A stretch of DNA of 32,000 nucleotides, taken from assembly GCF_000007185.1 (NCBI RefSeq), contig NC_003551.1, positions 450,001 through 482,000 of the forward strand, written 5' to 3'. The stretch is from Methanopyrus kandleri AV19 (GTDB taxonomy: Archaea; JAADCQ01; Methanopyri; Methanopyrales; Methanopyraceae). Made by a program: the position numbers and the translations under genes. Position 1 is the stretch's first letter, and every line of letters starts with the position of its first letter. Below are positions 1-12,566 of the stretch, piece by piece. A model generated the notes under the pieces. It was not told where the DNA came from. It was given only the letters and a program-made list of their open reading frames with translations, and ran no database searches.

Positions 1-531
1 GAGGAAAAGCCTCCAACTCAACGACTCGCAGAAAAGCGCGGAGTCTTCGTCACGCTTAAGAAGTACCCGGACGACGAACTGAGAGGCTGCATCGGGTTTC
101 CGGAACCCATCAAGCCCCTGGTGGAAGCCACCGTAGAGGCCGCAATCAGTGCGGCCACCGGCGATCCGCGGTTCCCGCCTATGCGCGACCCTTCGGAGAT
201 GGAGGAGATCAAGATAGAGGTCAGCGTGTTAACACCACCTAAGAAACTGGAGGTCGATAACCCGAAAGAGTACGTCGAGAAAATCGAGATCGGAAGACAC
301 GGTATCATAGTGCGCCGCGGAGCCCGATCGGGGCTCTTGCTGCCGCAGGTACCAGTGGAGGAAGGTTGGGACGAAATAGAGTTCCTGTCTCACGCCTGCC
401 TGAAGGCGGGTTTACCACCGGACTGGTGGTGTTCTCCGGACTGCGAAATCTACGTGTTCGAAGCGCAGGTGTTCGAGGAAGAGGAGCCGGAAGGGCCGGT
501 CCGGGAAAGGGATCTAGCCGAGGAGCAGTGA
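1..531 (+). CDS. AMMECR1 domain protein, 5'-truncated by the window edge
   Basis: The open frame continues upstream of ORF 121..531 to base 1: EEKPPTQRLAEKRGVFVTLKKYPDDELRGCIGFPEPIKPLVEATVEAAISAATGDPRFPP, containing the AMMECR1 hallmark LRGCIG and DPRFPP. Confidence 0.9.
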   Translation, partial: EEKPPTQRLAEKRGVFVTLKKYPDDELRGCIGFPEPIKPLVEATVEAAISAATGDPRFPPMRDPSEMEEIKIEVSVLTPPKKLEVDNPKEYVEKIEIGRHGIIVRRGARSGLLLPQVPVEEGWDEIEFLSHACLKAGLPPDWWCSPDCEIYVFEAQVFEEEEPEGPVRERDLAEEQ

Positions 532-1131
532 ACCGCTGATCCGGAAGGCCTCGAAGGCTTCCGCGTACTTGACACCTATCTCCATCCCACGGAACTCCGC
601 GGTCTTCATCACCATTTCCTCACTGATCGCCCCGCGTTCGACTTGGGAGCGGTGTACCCTGACAGCTTCCAGCTTCTTCTCCAGCACGTCGGTGACGTCG
701 ACGTAAACTACGGGTTGAAACCCCACCGTGGAGGGTCCTTCCCCCATCAGCACGGTCACTTCGGGGAACTTGCTGACGGCCGATGTTACTATTCGAAACG
801 TGCGGCGATGGTCTTGGTGCGTGTCATTGGGGGAGTGTGTGAACACAACGTCTGGCTCGAACTTCGAGATCAGTGCCCGGACGGCATCGATACTCTCGGG
901 ATCGACGGAGATCCTGCCGTCTTCATGGTTCAAGAATTCGACTCGATCGACACCGAGACATTTGGCACCCTCGATGGCCTCACGCTCCCGGACCTCCTCG
1001 TCGCCGCCGTTGTTTCCCTTGCTCATTATTACTTCGATAACTCTGTGCCCCGCGGAGGAAAGCTTACGCACGGTCCCTCCACAATGAACTTCCATGTCGT
1101 CTGGGTGTGCAAATACCGTCATTACGATCAA
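514..1131 (-). CDS. PIG-L / LmbE-family N-acetylglucosaminyl deacetylase-like protein
   Basis: N-terminal TVFAHPDDMEVHCGGTV and internal HSPNDTHQDH, typical of PIG-L deacetylases. Confidence 0.88.
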   Translation of the reverse strand: MIVMTVFAHPDDMEVHCGGTVRKLSSAGHRVIEVIMSKGNNGGDEEVREREAIEGAKCLGVDRVEFLNHEDGRISVDPESIDAVRALISKFEPDVVFTHSPNDTHQDHRRTFRIVTSAVSKFPEVTVLMGEGPSTVGFQPVVYVDVTDVLEKKLEAVRVHRSQVERGAISEEMVMKTAEFRGMEIGVKYAEAFEAFRISGSLLLG

Positions 1132-2138
1132 TCATGATCGTCCCCCTCCGAGGCGCGAGTGGTCCTGTACCAAACGTTACCACGGATCGCAAGCCAGATC
1201 AGGCCGTACACGGCGGCCCATTCGACGAAGAACGTCCACATGAACTGACAGGGCATAACCGCGAGAGCCCAGAGTGGCCCTCTACGGTTCGAACATTCGA
1301 GTGCAGCAAGGACCGAGTAGATCATGCGACCGGCGAGAGAGATCAGTATCGTCCATGGATACACCAACGGGAGAATATAAGTGGTGAGGAACGACGCCAA
1401 GAGCGATCCCAGGACGAAGACGGCGAACCCTATTCCGGGAAGGTTCCGAGATCGAAGTGCCTCCGCACAGGCTTGGTACATCCCCGCCCACCAACGTGAC
1501 TGCTGGAAGAAGTTCTCCTTCAGGCTGGCCGGGTCGTCCATCCACACCTCCAAATCAGGTCGGTATACGAACCCGACCTTCCGCCACGTGTGGATAAGAC
1601 CGAGTGTGACGTCCTCCGCGAGATTTTCCGGAAGACCCTCTTCAAGGAGGAACGTCGCCTTGAACAAGGTGCCGGTGGTGAAAACGGGGGCTGACCCGAC
1701 GACGTTCCCCCAGAATGATATCCCAGAACTGACGACGTCGAACTGAAGCCCCACCATCAACCCTGTCAGGTTCCTTCCACAGTAGCGGATTCTACCGAAG
1801 GCTAGGGTAGCGTCCTCCTCGAGCAGCTCACGAATGTAGCGGTCGGAACCGAGCTCGTCCCCGGCGTCGATGAGGAATACGTAGTCGGCGCGGGCACTCA
1901 CGCGCTTCAGGGCGTTGTTAACCGTCTCACCCTTGACGTTGCCTCCCGCCTTCACCACTTCCACGATATCGTCGTCGGCGAACCGCCGCGAGAACCGTCT
2001 GTGATCGTCTTCCGTCCCGGCGGCGATCACCACTTTCTCGATTTCGACGCCCTTCTGCGATAAGACGGAACGGAGAGGTTTCTCCACAGCTTCCACTGAT
2101 TCGTGCTTAGCTGGTATCAGTACGACGATGCGTTCCAA
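1128..2138 (-). CDS. Membrane glycosyltransferase, family 2-like
   Basis: ORF 1128..2210. VVLIPAKHESVEAVEKPLRSVLSQ, FLIDAGDELGSD, QQSRWWAGMYQ and C-terminal hydrophobic segments. A TTG at 2138 (LERIVVLIPAK) is the more likely start because it removes the overlap with carA. Confidence 0.8.
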   Translation of the reverse strand: MERIVVLIPAKHESVEAVEKPLRSVLSQKGVEIEKVVIAAGTEDDHRRFSRRFADDDIVEVVKAGGNVKGETVNNALKRVSARADYVFLIDAGDELGSDRYIRELLEEDATLAFGRIRYCGRNLTGLMVGLQFDVVSSGISFWGNVVGSAPVFTTGTLFKATFLLEEGLPENLAEDVTLGLIHTWRKVGFVYRPDLEVWMDDPASLKENFFQQSRWWAGMYQACAEALRSRNLPGIGFAVFVLGSLLASFLTTYILPLVYPWTILISLAGRMIYSVLAALECSNRRGPLWALAVMPCQFMWTFFVEWAAVYGLIWLAIRGNVWYRTTRASEGDDHD

Positions 2139-2155
2139 CGGGGGTTCCCCGGAGG

Positions 2156-3241
2156 TCAGTGTTCGCGACACATGGCCAGGAACTCGTCGAACACCCACTT
2201 GGTATCCCAAGGACCGGGCCCTGCCTCCGGGTGGAACTGCACGGAAAACGCCGGGGCGTCCGTGTGAACGACGCCTTCGACCGTACCGTCGTTGACGTTA
2301 ACCCAGCGGACTCTCAAGGGCGTGTCTCTGAGACTGTCCGGATCCAGTGCGAATCCATGGTTCTGGGAAGTGATGTAGACTCTATCCTTATCAAGATCCT
2401 TGACGGGCTGGTTCGCGCCACGGTGCCCGAACTTCAGCTTGAAAGTATCGCCCCCCTCGGCGAGTCCGAGGATTTGGTTGCCAAGACATATACCCATCAA
2501 TGGAACCTGACCTATCAGTTCACGGACCGTTTCCACGGTCTCCCTGACGCGTTTGGGGTCGCCCGGTCCGTTGGATACTACGACACCGTCGGGATCGATG
2601 TCCATTATCTCCTGGGCCGAAGTGTCGTACGGGACTACGGTAACGCCGGCGCCGCGTTTGGCCAGCTCACGCAGTATGCTCCGCTTCACACCGCAATCTA
2701 TGACCACGATCTCCGGTTTTCCGTCGGAGAACCGGTATTCCTCACGGACCGAGACCTGCGGCACCAGATCCATCTCCGAGATATGGGGAACTTCCCGCAC
2801 TCGCTCCAGTAGTTCTTCATCGGAAGGTTGGTCGTCCGGTTCGTAGGGTACCAGAACCCCTCTCATGGCACCCTCCGTCCGGATTTTCCTCGTCAGCATC
2901 CGCGTGTCGACGCCCGCGATCCCCGGGACGCCGTGGTCCTGGAGGAATTCGTCCAATGTGATTTCGGCGCGCGGATGGATGGGACCATCGTGGAGGTACC
3001 GCACGACGAAGCCCTCCACTTGCACCCTGTCGGACTCGCCGACTTCCGGTAAGATCCCATAGTTGCCTTGCATCGGGAACGTCATGATTAGGATCTGTCC
3101 GCGGTAGGACGGATCTGTCAGAGCTTCCTGGAAGCCAGTGTGAGAAGTGTTAAACACGACTTCCCCTTCGGCCTCGCGCGGACTCCCGAAAAGTTCGCCA
3201 TGTACTATCGTCCCATCCTCAAGCGCGAGTGCCGCCCTCAA
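2156..3241 (-). CDS. carA: Carbamoyl-phosphate synthase small subunit
   Basis: EDGTIVHGELFG, GFQEALTDPSYRGQILIMTFP, class I amidotransferase motifs GICLGNQILGLA and FSVQFHPEA. Start trimmed to TTG at 3241; ORF track start is 3361. Confidence 0.95.
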   Translation of the reverse strand: MRAALALEDGTIVHGELFGSPREAEGEVVFNTSHTGFQEALTDPSYRGQILIMTFPMQGNYGILPEVGESDRVQVEGFVVRYLHDGPIHPRAEITLDEFLQDHGVPGIAGVDTRMLTRKIRTEGAMRGVLVPYEPDDQPSDEELLERVREVPHISEMDLVPQVSVREEYRFSDGKPEIVVIDCGVKRSILRELAKRGAGVTVVPYDTSAQEIMDIDPDGVVVSNGPGDPKRVRETVETVRELIGQVPLMGICLGNQILGLAEGGDTFKLKFGHRGANQPVKDLDKDRVYITSQNHGFALDPDSLRDTPLRVRWVNVNDGTVEGVVHTDAPAFSVQFHPEAGPGPWDTKWVFDEFLAMCREH

Positions 3242-3303
3242 CCGGACGAACCCTCGGAGTTTCCTAGGATCTTGGTGATAAAAGCTACACCGGGGGGCCC
3301 ACG

Positions 3304-4674
3304 TTGATAAGGGAGCTGAGACCGCTGCTGCGACGGGTGTCGGACGCCAGGATAACGTCACTCAAGAGGGAGTGGGACGAGACCTCTACCAGCGTTTTTG
3401 TACGCGGTGCGATCGAGACGCTACGACATGCACTCAGGCGGACCACCGGGATCAATCCCGAAGCATTGGCGGGGGCCGCGACGGCGAGAAGAGGCGACCA
3501 CGTCGGCCCGCTTCGGAACTTAACTCGGGTGTTGGAGGGTAAGGCCGAACACCTCGAGGTGAGAGCACTCCAACTGTACAAGGCAGCCGCGTGGGACCTA
3601 CTGGAAGCCGAGGAGAAACACTTGGGCCTCGGCGTCGCACTGGACATTAAGGAGGGTAAAGTCGTCGTTCGTCGGAGCCCCGACGTCCGAGAGTACATAC
3701 CGATCTCTCGACGTTACGATCTACCGGACGACCCGCACGAGTTAGCGACGCTTTTAGTGGAACGTTACGACTTGGACTTCGTCTACGTTGCGGACTTGGA
3801 CGCTATTCTACGCGGCGAGCCCGCAGATACCTCAGATGCTCTTGAGTCATTAGAGAAGCCCGTCTTCGTGGACGTGGGGGCGTGTGAACCCGACCTTCCG
3901 AGTCACGCCCACAGGGTGATCCCTACGGAATGCTATGACGACAAGAGCGAGTACATCGAAGATCTAGAGGAGGACGAGAGTGCTGTGGCAGGGCTGGACT
4001 TGAACGGCTCTGAGATCCTCGGCCCCTGGGACGGCGTGGGCGACTTCTTGGACACCGTGGTGGAAGTAGTGTACAGACGCGATCCGGGCGTGCTCGTGAT
4101 CGACGTCGGTGCAGTCGGTTCGAAGGAGGGACCGCCGTACGAGGCCGCGACGTCCGTCGGGATGTACTCTACGGCCCTGATCGGAGGGGGCGTCGGGCAT
4201 CCGGAGCACGTGAAGCTGGCTTTGGGTACTCCCGGCGTTTCGGGCGTTATCCTTGGGACCATACTCTTCGAGGGGGTGGATCCCATGAAGCTGGAACAGG
4301 CGCGCCGAGAGGGTAAGCGACTGCGAGTCCACCACATGGGGTTAGAGGAGGAGTACTTGAACCTCATCAAAGAAGGTAAAAAGACCGTAGAAGGACGCGT
4401 GAAGGACGACAAACGTGCCAGAATAAAGCCCGGAGATAAGATACTCTTCAACCGTAGGCTTCTCGTGAAGGTGATAGACGTGAGAGAGTACGACTCGTTC
4501 GAAGAGATGTTGAGGGAAGAGGGGCTCGAAAACGTCCTTCCGAACGTGGATTCCATCGAGGAGGGCGTGGAGATATACCGGCGCTTTTACTCGAGTGGGA
4601 AGGAGAAAATGTTCGGGGTGCTGGCGATCGAGATCGAACCGATCATGGATCTCTGGGAAGGAATCTGTGACTGA
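3304..4674 (+). CDS. HisA-related TIM-barrel protein with N-terminal helical extension and C-terminal ASCH domain
   Basis: VALDIKEGKVVVRR...YIPISRRY...FVYVADLDAILRG, VLVIDVGAVGSKEGPP, LIGGGVGHPEHVKLAL...GVILGTILFEG (HisA-like); C-terminus YLNLIKEGKKTVEGRVKDDKRARIKPGDKILF (ASCH-like). TTG start. Confidence 0.78.
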   Translation: MIRELRPLLRRVSDARITSLKREWDETSTSVFVRGAIETLRHALRRTTGINPEALAGAATARRGDHVGPLRNLTRVLEGKAEHLEVRALQLYKAAAWDLLEAEEKHLGLGVALDIKEGKVVVRRSPDVREYIPISRRYDLPDDPHELATLLVERYDLDFVYVADLDAILRGEPADTSDALESLEKPVFVDVGACEPDLPSHAHRVIPTECYDDKSEYIEDLEEDESAVAGLDLNGSEILGPWDGVGDFLDTVVEVVYRRDPGVLVIDVGAVGSKEGPPYEAATSVGMYSTALIGGGVGHPEHVKLALGTPGVSGVILGTILFEGVDPMKLEQARREGKRLRVHHMGLEEEYLNLIKEGKKTVEGRVKDDKRARIKPGDKILFNRRLLVKVIDVREYDSFEEMLREEGLENVLPNVDSIEEGVEIYRRFYSSGKEKMFGVLAIEIEPIMDLWEGICD

Positions 4675-4677
4675 ACG

Positions 4678-5478
4678 TCACTCGAGGATGGGGCCTTCAG
4701 GACTGGGGATGAACCCTATCCGCTCCAAGAACTTGTCATCGTATATCAGCTCCACTTCGCCGCCTCGCAGGTACGGTCCTATTTTAGCCAGGACGCCGGG
4801 GGCGTCGACGCCTTCATCGAACACCACTTCGTTCTCCAGAAGCCCCCATCTTTCGATCCGGATGACGCGTCGCCCGAAGCCGGCGCGGTTCAGTATCCTC
4901 TGAAGGCGTTTCCGCGTGATACCGGCTACGATCATCCTATCGTAAGGGTCGGCCGCCATCTCGAGCAGGTATTCGACCTGCTCATCGGTAAGTCTCGCTT
5001 CGATCTCACCACGTTCCTCGTTCACCTCGACGATCTCCACCTCTAGAGGCATGTTCTCGACGAAGCCGAAACTCCTACCGATGTCACGTATCGACGCCTT
5101 CTCACCGTCCAGGAGTTGCTCACGGAGTCTGTAAAGCGGCACGAGCGCGTCCACGACTTCGGGACCTACTACTCCGATGTCGACGTAGATACCGTAGCCG
5201 ACGCGGTACAGGTCCACGATCCGACCGTAGATGACGTCGCCCGGAGAAACGTCGAACAACGATCTCACGGTGTCGAACTCTTCCACGATTTCTTCTGCAG
5301 CTTCTTCCACCTCAGGGCCTCGAATGCGTAACACTGCCCAAGCCCTGAAGTTTTTCCTGATCTCCTCGAGCTCGGCGTCGAAATCAGATATAACGCTTTG
5401 AACCTGGGTGCGGAGTGACTCCTCGGCGCCGCTGTTCCGGTACAACTTTTCCAGTATAGTCACATCCATAACGGGCAC
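4678..5478 (-). CDS. DUF2110-family archaeal protein with S1-like segment
   Basis: 266 aa; GDVIYGRIVDLYRVGYGIYVDIGV resembles an S1/OB segment. Compactly placed next to the HD and TFE genes. Confidence 0.6.
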   Translation of the reverse strand: MPVMDVTILEKLYRNSGAEESLRTQVQSVISDFDAELEEIRKNFRAWAVLRIRGPEVEEAAEEIVEEFDTVRSLFDVSPGDVIYGRIVDLYRVGYGIYVDIGVVGPEVVDALVPLYRLREQLLDGEKASIRDIGRSFGFVENMPLEVEIVEVNEERGEIEARLTDEQVEYLLEMAADPYDRMIVAGITRKRLQRILNRAGFGRRVIRIERWGLLENEVVFDEGVDAPGVLAKIGPYLRGGEVELIYDDKFLERIGFIPSPEGPILE

Positions 5479-5482
5479 ACGA

Positions 5483-6004
5483 TCACCACCGGGTTAATTC
5501 GGGAGGTATAGCGTTCAGATCGACCAACTCGTTATGAAGCTCGATCAGGCGCTTGACGGCCGGAGAATCCTCGCCTAATCGTTCAGAGAACTTGCGAACG
5601 ACTACCTTGATCGGGACGTGCTCCGTTCCGAACGTCAAGTTATCGGCGTGCGCCACGATCTTCTCCTCGAGAGTCTCGGGGATGTAATCCTTCGGCGGCA
5701 AACCCAGCTTCTTGGCCTCATCCTTGGGAATACCGGCTCCGATGTGCCTCTCGACGATCCGGACGACCTCCTTCGGGTAACCGAGTTCACTGACTATGTT
5801 CGCGCCCACGACCGCGTGATCTATGCCATGAGTACGGGCCCTGCCGATGTCGTGTAATAACGCCCCGGTGCGTACGAGGTTTAGATCTACGTCTTCTTCG
5901 CATCTTTCGGCCATCTCTTCAGCCAAGCGACAGACGGCCTTGCAGTGCTCGATAACGTGCTCGGGGCAACCTACTCGCTCTAAATCCCTAATGGGGTCCC
6001 TCAA
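5483..6004 (-). CDS. HD-domain (HDIG) phosphohydrolase-like protein
   Basis: TGALLHDIGRARTHGIDHAVVGA...KIVAHADNLTFG. Confidence 0.87.
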   Translation of the reverse strand: MRDPIRDLERVGCPEHVIEHCKAVCRLAEEMAERCEEDVDLNLVRTGALLHDIGRARTHGIDHAVVGANIVSELGYPKEVVRIVERHIGAGIPKDEAKKLGLPPKDYIPETLEEKIVAHADNLTFGTEHVPIKVVVRKFSERLGEDSPAVKRLIELHNELVDLNAIPPELTRW

Positions 6005-6582
6005 CCGAGCCGTTCCCTGAGCTCCTCCAGCCTTCGGATCTCCACTTTTAGTTCCTCCGCTAGCCGTTCCAGCTCGCGCCGCTCCTCGGTGAGATCCACC
6101 TCTTCCAGCACTTCACCGCACTTAGGGCATCGGAACTCGTGTTCCATAGCCTCCTCGAACGACATTCTAGGGCAGTCATCGTTCCCACAGTGAAACATAG
6201 GATGAGACATGTCATTACTGAGTGCACGCTCGACCTCTTCGAGCTCCCGTCGACGCTCCTCGAGGCACCTCCTGAGGACTTCTCGTAGGTTGAGCCGCCA
6301 GGAGTAAACGGGGTACCGGTACTCTTCTCGACGCTCCTTTCTGAACGTCACAACGCCACGTTCATGGAGCTTGTAGAGCACCTTCCGCACTTCTCTCGGG
6401 TCAACACCCAACTCCTCGGCTATCTCTTCGTCGATAGCCTCACGCTTGAGTATCACATCCACGGTTCTCTTAGCGACTTCAGGGTCCACTCCTTTCTCAC
6501 TGTCTAGGAGCGATAAAGTTACGTCTCTGAGGACCTCCAGATCTTCCTCACCCAGCTCGGCATACACGTTTGAACCCCCCAC
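6001..6582 (-). CDS. tfe: Archaeal transcription initiation factor E, alpha subunit
   Basis: Winged-helix N-terminus (IAEELGVDPREVRKVLYKLHERGVVTFRKERR) and zinc ribbon CGNDDCPRMSFEEAMEHEFRCPKCGEVL. Overlaps the downstream HD gene by 4 bp. Confidence 0.93.
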   Translation of the reverse strand: MGGSNVYAELGEEDLEVLRDVTLSLLDSEKGVDPEVAKRTVDVILKREAIDEEIAEELGVDPREVRKVLYKLHERGVVTFRKERREEYRYPVYSWRLNLREVLRRCLEERRRELEEVERALSNDMSHPMFHCGNDDCPRMSFEEAMEHEFRCPKCGEVLEEVDLTEERRELERLAEELKVEIRRLEELRERLG

Positions 6583-6586
6583 CCCC

Positions 6587-7279
6587 TTACTGGATGCGCT
6601 TCAAGCATGTAATAAATTTGTGTAATCGACGGAACGTGTCCTTACGCGGATGGACTATAACAGCTGAACACTCACCCTCAGCAACCATTTTTGCGGCCTC
6701 TTCGGGCTTTTCGTCGTCGATCGTGTAATTATCGATCCCGATACCCTCGATATACTTCACTTCCAACTCGTCAAGGATGCCCTTAATCCACTCCGGGGAA
6801 CGCGCCCCCACGAGCAAGTCCAAACCCGTCTCCGCCGCAGCCTGACCGAGACCATAGACGACCGAGGGATGCAACTCCGGGCCGAGATCGTCCTTCCAAC
6901 CTCTCCTCGGCACCTTTCCGCGGAAGAGGGCCGTGTGGAGAGGGCCGCAGGTCGTCAGGTACTTAGCACCGTCCACGATGCGCAGTGCGTCGTACACGGC
7001 CTCCTTGATCTTACCCTCCGGGACTCCGGTGGCGAGAGAGGTACGGTGGAGGCCGATGTAGCCAGGGCTGAGGTGAAGGGCCAGCTCGTACCCCTCCTTA
7101 CGTAGGCGCTCGACGTATCGCACGTCGGGATGGTACTTCCGTATACTTCCGGCGATCGACCAGACGATCTTTCCGCCCAATTGTTCGACGCGCCTTCTCG
7201 CCACTTCCACTTCGGAGTCGGGGACCTCCTTCTTGGACGGATGATCGATGAACACCAGGAACTCCGGCAGTCGTAGCAC
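6587..7279 (-). CDS. Uncharacterised protein, possibly NodB-like fold
   Basis: 230 aa ORF between purL and tfe, 4 bp or less from each neighbour. Loose resemblance to polysaccharide-deacetylase barrels (FLVFIDHP, YELALHLSPG, AVIVHP). Confidence 0.75.
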   Translation of the reverse strand: MLRLPEFLVFIDHPSKKEVPDSEVEVARRRVEQLGGKIVWSIAGSIRKYHPDVRYVERLRKEGYELALHLSPGYIGLHRTSLATGVPEGKIKEAVYDALRIVDGAKYLTTCGPLHTALFRGKVPRRGWKDDLGPELHPSVVYGLGQAAAETGLDLLVGARSPEWIKGILDELEVKYIEGIGIDNYTIDDEKPEEAAKMVAEGECSAVIVHPRKDTFRRLHKFITCLKRIQ

Positions 7280-7282
7280 CCC

Positions 7283-9457
7283 CTACTCCAAGTAGTGCAA
7301 CGGGGATCTCCACAGCTCTTCCAGCTCCTCTCGATCCAGTGATACGTCCACGGGTCCCACCGAGATCCGCAGGACGCCGTCTCCGGTGACCTCCCCTACC
7401 ACCTGAGCCGGTACACCGGCCTCTTCAGCAGCCCCCAACACATCGTCGGGTCGGTCCGTAGTCACGATAGCCCGACCGTGGCTCTCGGACAACAGCAGGA
7501 AGTCCCACCGTGACACGGAATTCGGGACTTCGGACAGGCTCAGGGAGGCTCCGACAGGTCCCAGTAGCTCGGCTACGGCAGCTAGAAGTCCCCCGGTGGA
7601 CACGTCAGTGACTGAAGAAACCATATTCTTCCTCGCGATACGGCGGAGCAGGTCGTGCAGGGCTCGCTCCTCCCTGTACCTCACGCGTGGTACCTTACCT
7701 CCCTTAATACCATGGTACTCGATGAGGTACAGGGACCCGCCGAGCTCCTCCCGGGTCTCCCCTAAGACTATCACCGCCTCGCCTTCTTCGGGCTCTCGAG
7801 GGAAGTCTTCTAGATAGTCCAATCCCCGGATCACTCCCACGGCGCCTATCACGGGCGTGGGATTCACCGGGCCGTCGACCTCGTGTTCGTTGTACAGGCT
7901 CACGTTTCCGCCGACTACAGGAACCTCGAACTCGCGGGCTGCTTTTCCGAGCCCCTCGATCGACCGGCGAAGCTGGTAATAGACCCGCGGGTTTTCCGGG
8001 CTTCCGAAGTTCAAGCAGTCAACCAGACAGAGCGGCTCCGCTCCGACGGTGGCGAGGTTACGTAACGCTTCGGCGACGCACCCTTCCGTACCCGTTTTCG
8101 GATCGATGAGCACGTGCCGCGGATTCGAATCAGTCGTCAGGGCCAGGGCCACGTCTTCCAGGCCTTCGTGCTGCAACCACATCACGGCAGCATCGTGACC
8201 CGGTTTCACGACGGTGCGTCCTTGCACCTCATGGTCATACTGCCGGTAAACCCACTCGCGAAGCGCCGGCGAAACGTTGGGGGAGCTCAGGACTGAGCGC
8301 ACTAGATCCTCGGGGTCCGGCTCCGGCACGTCCACGTTCTCGGGGTACGAATAAGGCTCCTCCTCCCACTCGACCTCGGGAGCACCGTCGGCCAGGAACT
8401 CGGCGGGAACCCGAGCGATGACGTCGTCACCGTCCTTAACCGTGAGGTAGCCGTCGTCAGTAACCCTGCCGACGACCGACGCCTCGAGACCGTACTTACG
8501 GCAGATCTCTATCACCTCGTCCACATCCTCAGGGGCCACGACGAGCAGCATTCTCTCCTGGGATTCCGAGAGCATGATCTCCCACGGTTCCATCCCCTCC
8601 TCCCGGAGCGGGACCTTAAAGACGTCGATCTCGACGCCGGTCCCCCCGTCGGCGGCCATCTCGGTCGCGGCGCACGTCAGACCGGCGGCACCTAGGTCCT
8701 TGCACCCTTTGACTAGGCCACGCTCGACGGCTTCCCGGATGGCGATGATCAGTTGACGCTCCGTGAACGGGTCGCCGATTTGGACCGCCGGCCTGTCTTC
8801 TTCCTCCGATTCCTCGCCCAGCTCTTCGGAAGCGAAGGCCGCACCGCCGATCCCGTCACGGCCCGTTCGAGCGCCGACTAGTACCAGTACGTCCCCGGGG
8901 CGGTCCGCACGACCTCGTACGATCTCACTCCTGCGAACTATACCCACACACATCACGTTGACGAGGGGGTTGCGCTCGTAAGAAGGATCGAACTCCAGCT
9001 CTCCACCTACCGTCGGGACTCCGATGCGGTTACCGTAATCCGAGATCCCGCGGACGACACCGTCGACGAGGTAGGGGACGCGTTCTCCGTCCAGCGGGCC
9101 GAAGCGAAGCGGATCCAGGAGAGCTATCGGGAACGCTCCCATGGACAGAACGTCTCGGACTATCCCGCCGACACCGGTCGCCGCCCCGTTGTACGGATCT
9201 ACGTAGGAGGGGTGGTTGTGGCTTTCTATACCGACTACTACGGCCCACTCGTCGTCGATGGCGACCACGGCGGCGTCATCGCCGGGACCCACGATGACGT
9301 GATCCGCCTCGCTGGGGAGCTGTCGAAGTAAGTGGCGAGTGCTACGGTAGGCGCAGTGTTCCGACCACATGTTCTCGAACATGGCTCGCTCCGTGGCGTT
9401 GGGGTCCCTGCCTAGTTCCTCCCGGATGAGCTCCAGATCGCGTTCGTCCAACGTCAA
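7283..9457 (-). CDS. purL: Phosphoribosylformylglycinamidine synthase subunit PurL
   Basis: [70 protein letters not shown]. Confidence 0.97.
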   Translation of the reverse strand: MTLDERDLELIREELGRDPNATERAMFENMWSEHCAYRSTRHLLRQLPSEADHVIVGPGDDAAVVAIDDEWAVVVGIESHNHPSYVDPYNGAATGVGGIVRDVLSMGAFPIALLDPLRFGPLDGERVPYLVDGVVRGISDYGNRIGVPTVGGELEFDPSYERNPLVNVMCVGIVRRSEIVRGRADRPGDVLVLVGARTGRDGIGGAAFASEELGEESEEEDRPAVQIGDPFTERQLIIAIREAVERGLVKGCKDLGAAGLTCAATEMAADGGTGVEIDVFKVPLREEGMEPWEIMLSESQERMLLVVAPEDVDEVIEICRKYGLEASVVGRVTDDGYLTVKDGDDVIARVPAEFLADGAPEVEWEEEPYSYPENVDVPEPDPEDLVRSVLSSPNVSPALREWVYRQYDHEVQGRTVVKPGHDAAVMWLQHEGLEDVALALTTDSNPRHVLIDPKTGTEGCVAEALRNLATVGAEPLCLVDCLNFGSPENPRVYYQLRRSIEGLGKAAREFEVPVVGGNVSLYNEHEVDGPVNPTPVIGAVGVIRGLDYLEDFPREPEEGEAVIVLGETREELGGSLYLIEYHGIKGGKVPRVRYREERALHDLLRRIARKNMVSSVTDVSTGGLLAAVAELLGPVGASLSLSEVPNSVSRWDFLLLSESHGRAIVTTDRPDDVLGAAEEAGVPAQVVGEVTGDGVLRISVGPVDVSLDREELEELWRSPLHYLE

Positions 9458-9522
9458 GCCGAGACCCCTCAGGGAGTGCGTAACCTCGTCACCCTAGGAG
9501 TGGTCGGCAGACAGCGGGTTCG

Positions 9523-12182
<2,660 letters not shown>

Positions 12183-12208
<26 letters not shown>

Positions 12209-12548
12209 GCTGCCAGATCCCCCGGTGCCTGAGGATTGCAAGTACGTCTACTACGTGGTCCTGTTTCAGAACCCCGAGGACAAAAACTGGGATCTTTTCG
12301 CCGTGATCCGCGGCTACCCGGGCCTCAAGGAGCCGTACGCGATAGCCGTCCACCTGGCGCGTGTGGTCGAAGACGCCCTGAAGGAGGTAGACGAAGGGCT
12401 GAATGTGGAGCTCCAAATAATCCCGATTGGGGGCGAGGAAGGCATCCCGGAGGAGAAAACCGCGAAACTGTTAGAAGCCGTCGATGGGCTCCTGGAAACC
12501 GCCGCCCAGTGTGCCAGAGGACCCGAACGAGCGGATGACGAATTCTGA
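12183..12548 (+). CDS. Uncharacterised small protein
   Basis: 121 aa ORF, ATG start, overlapping the hisE 3' end by 26 bp. Plausible amphipathic protein, no family recognised. Confidence 0.65.
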
Positions 12549-12566
12549 GGACGGTGACCGTCTGGG

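Noticed and set aside
643-1137. 164-aa plus-strand ORF opposite the PIG-L deacetylase
   Set aside because: Antisense shadow of a clearly recognisable deacetylase gene.
2159-2812. 217-aa plus-strand ORF antisense to carA
   Set aside because: carA motifs are unambiguous on the minus strand, so this is a shadow frame.
3285-3698. 137-aa minus-strand ORF opposite the start of the HisA-like/ASCH gene
   Set aside because: Ser/Arg-rich composition typical of non-coding frames in this genome and fully overlapped by a real gene.
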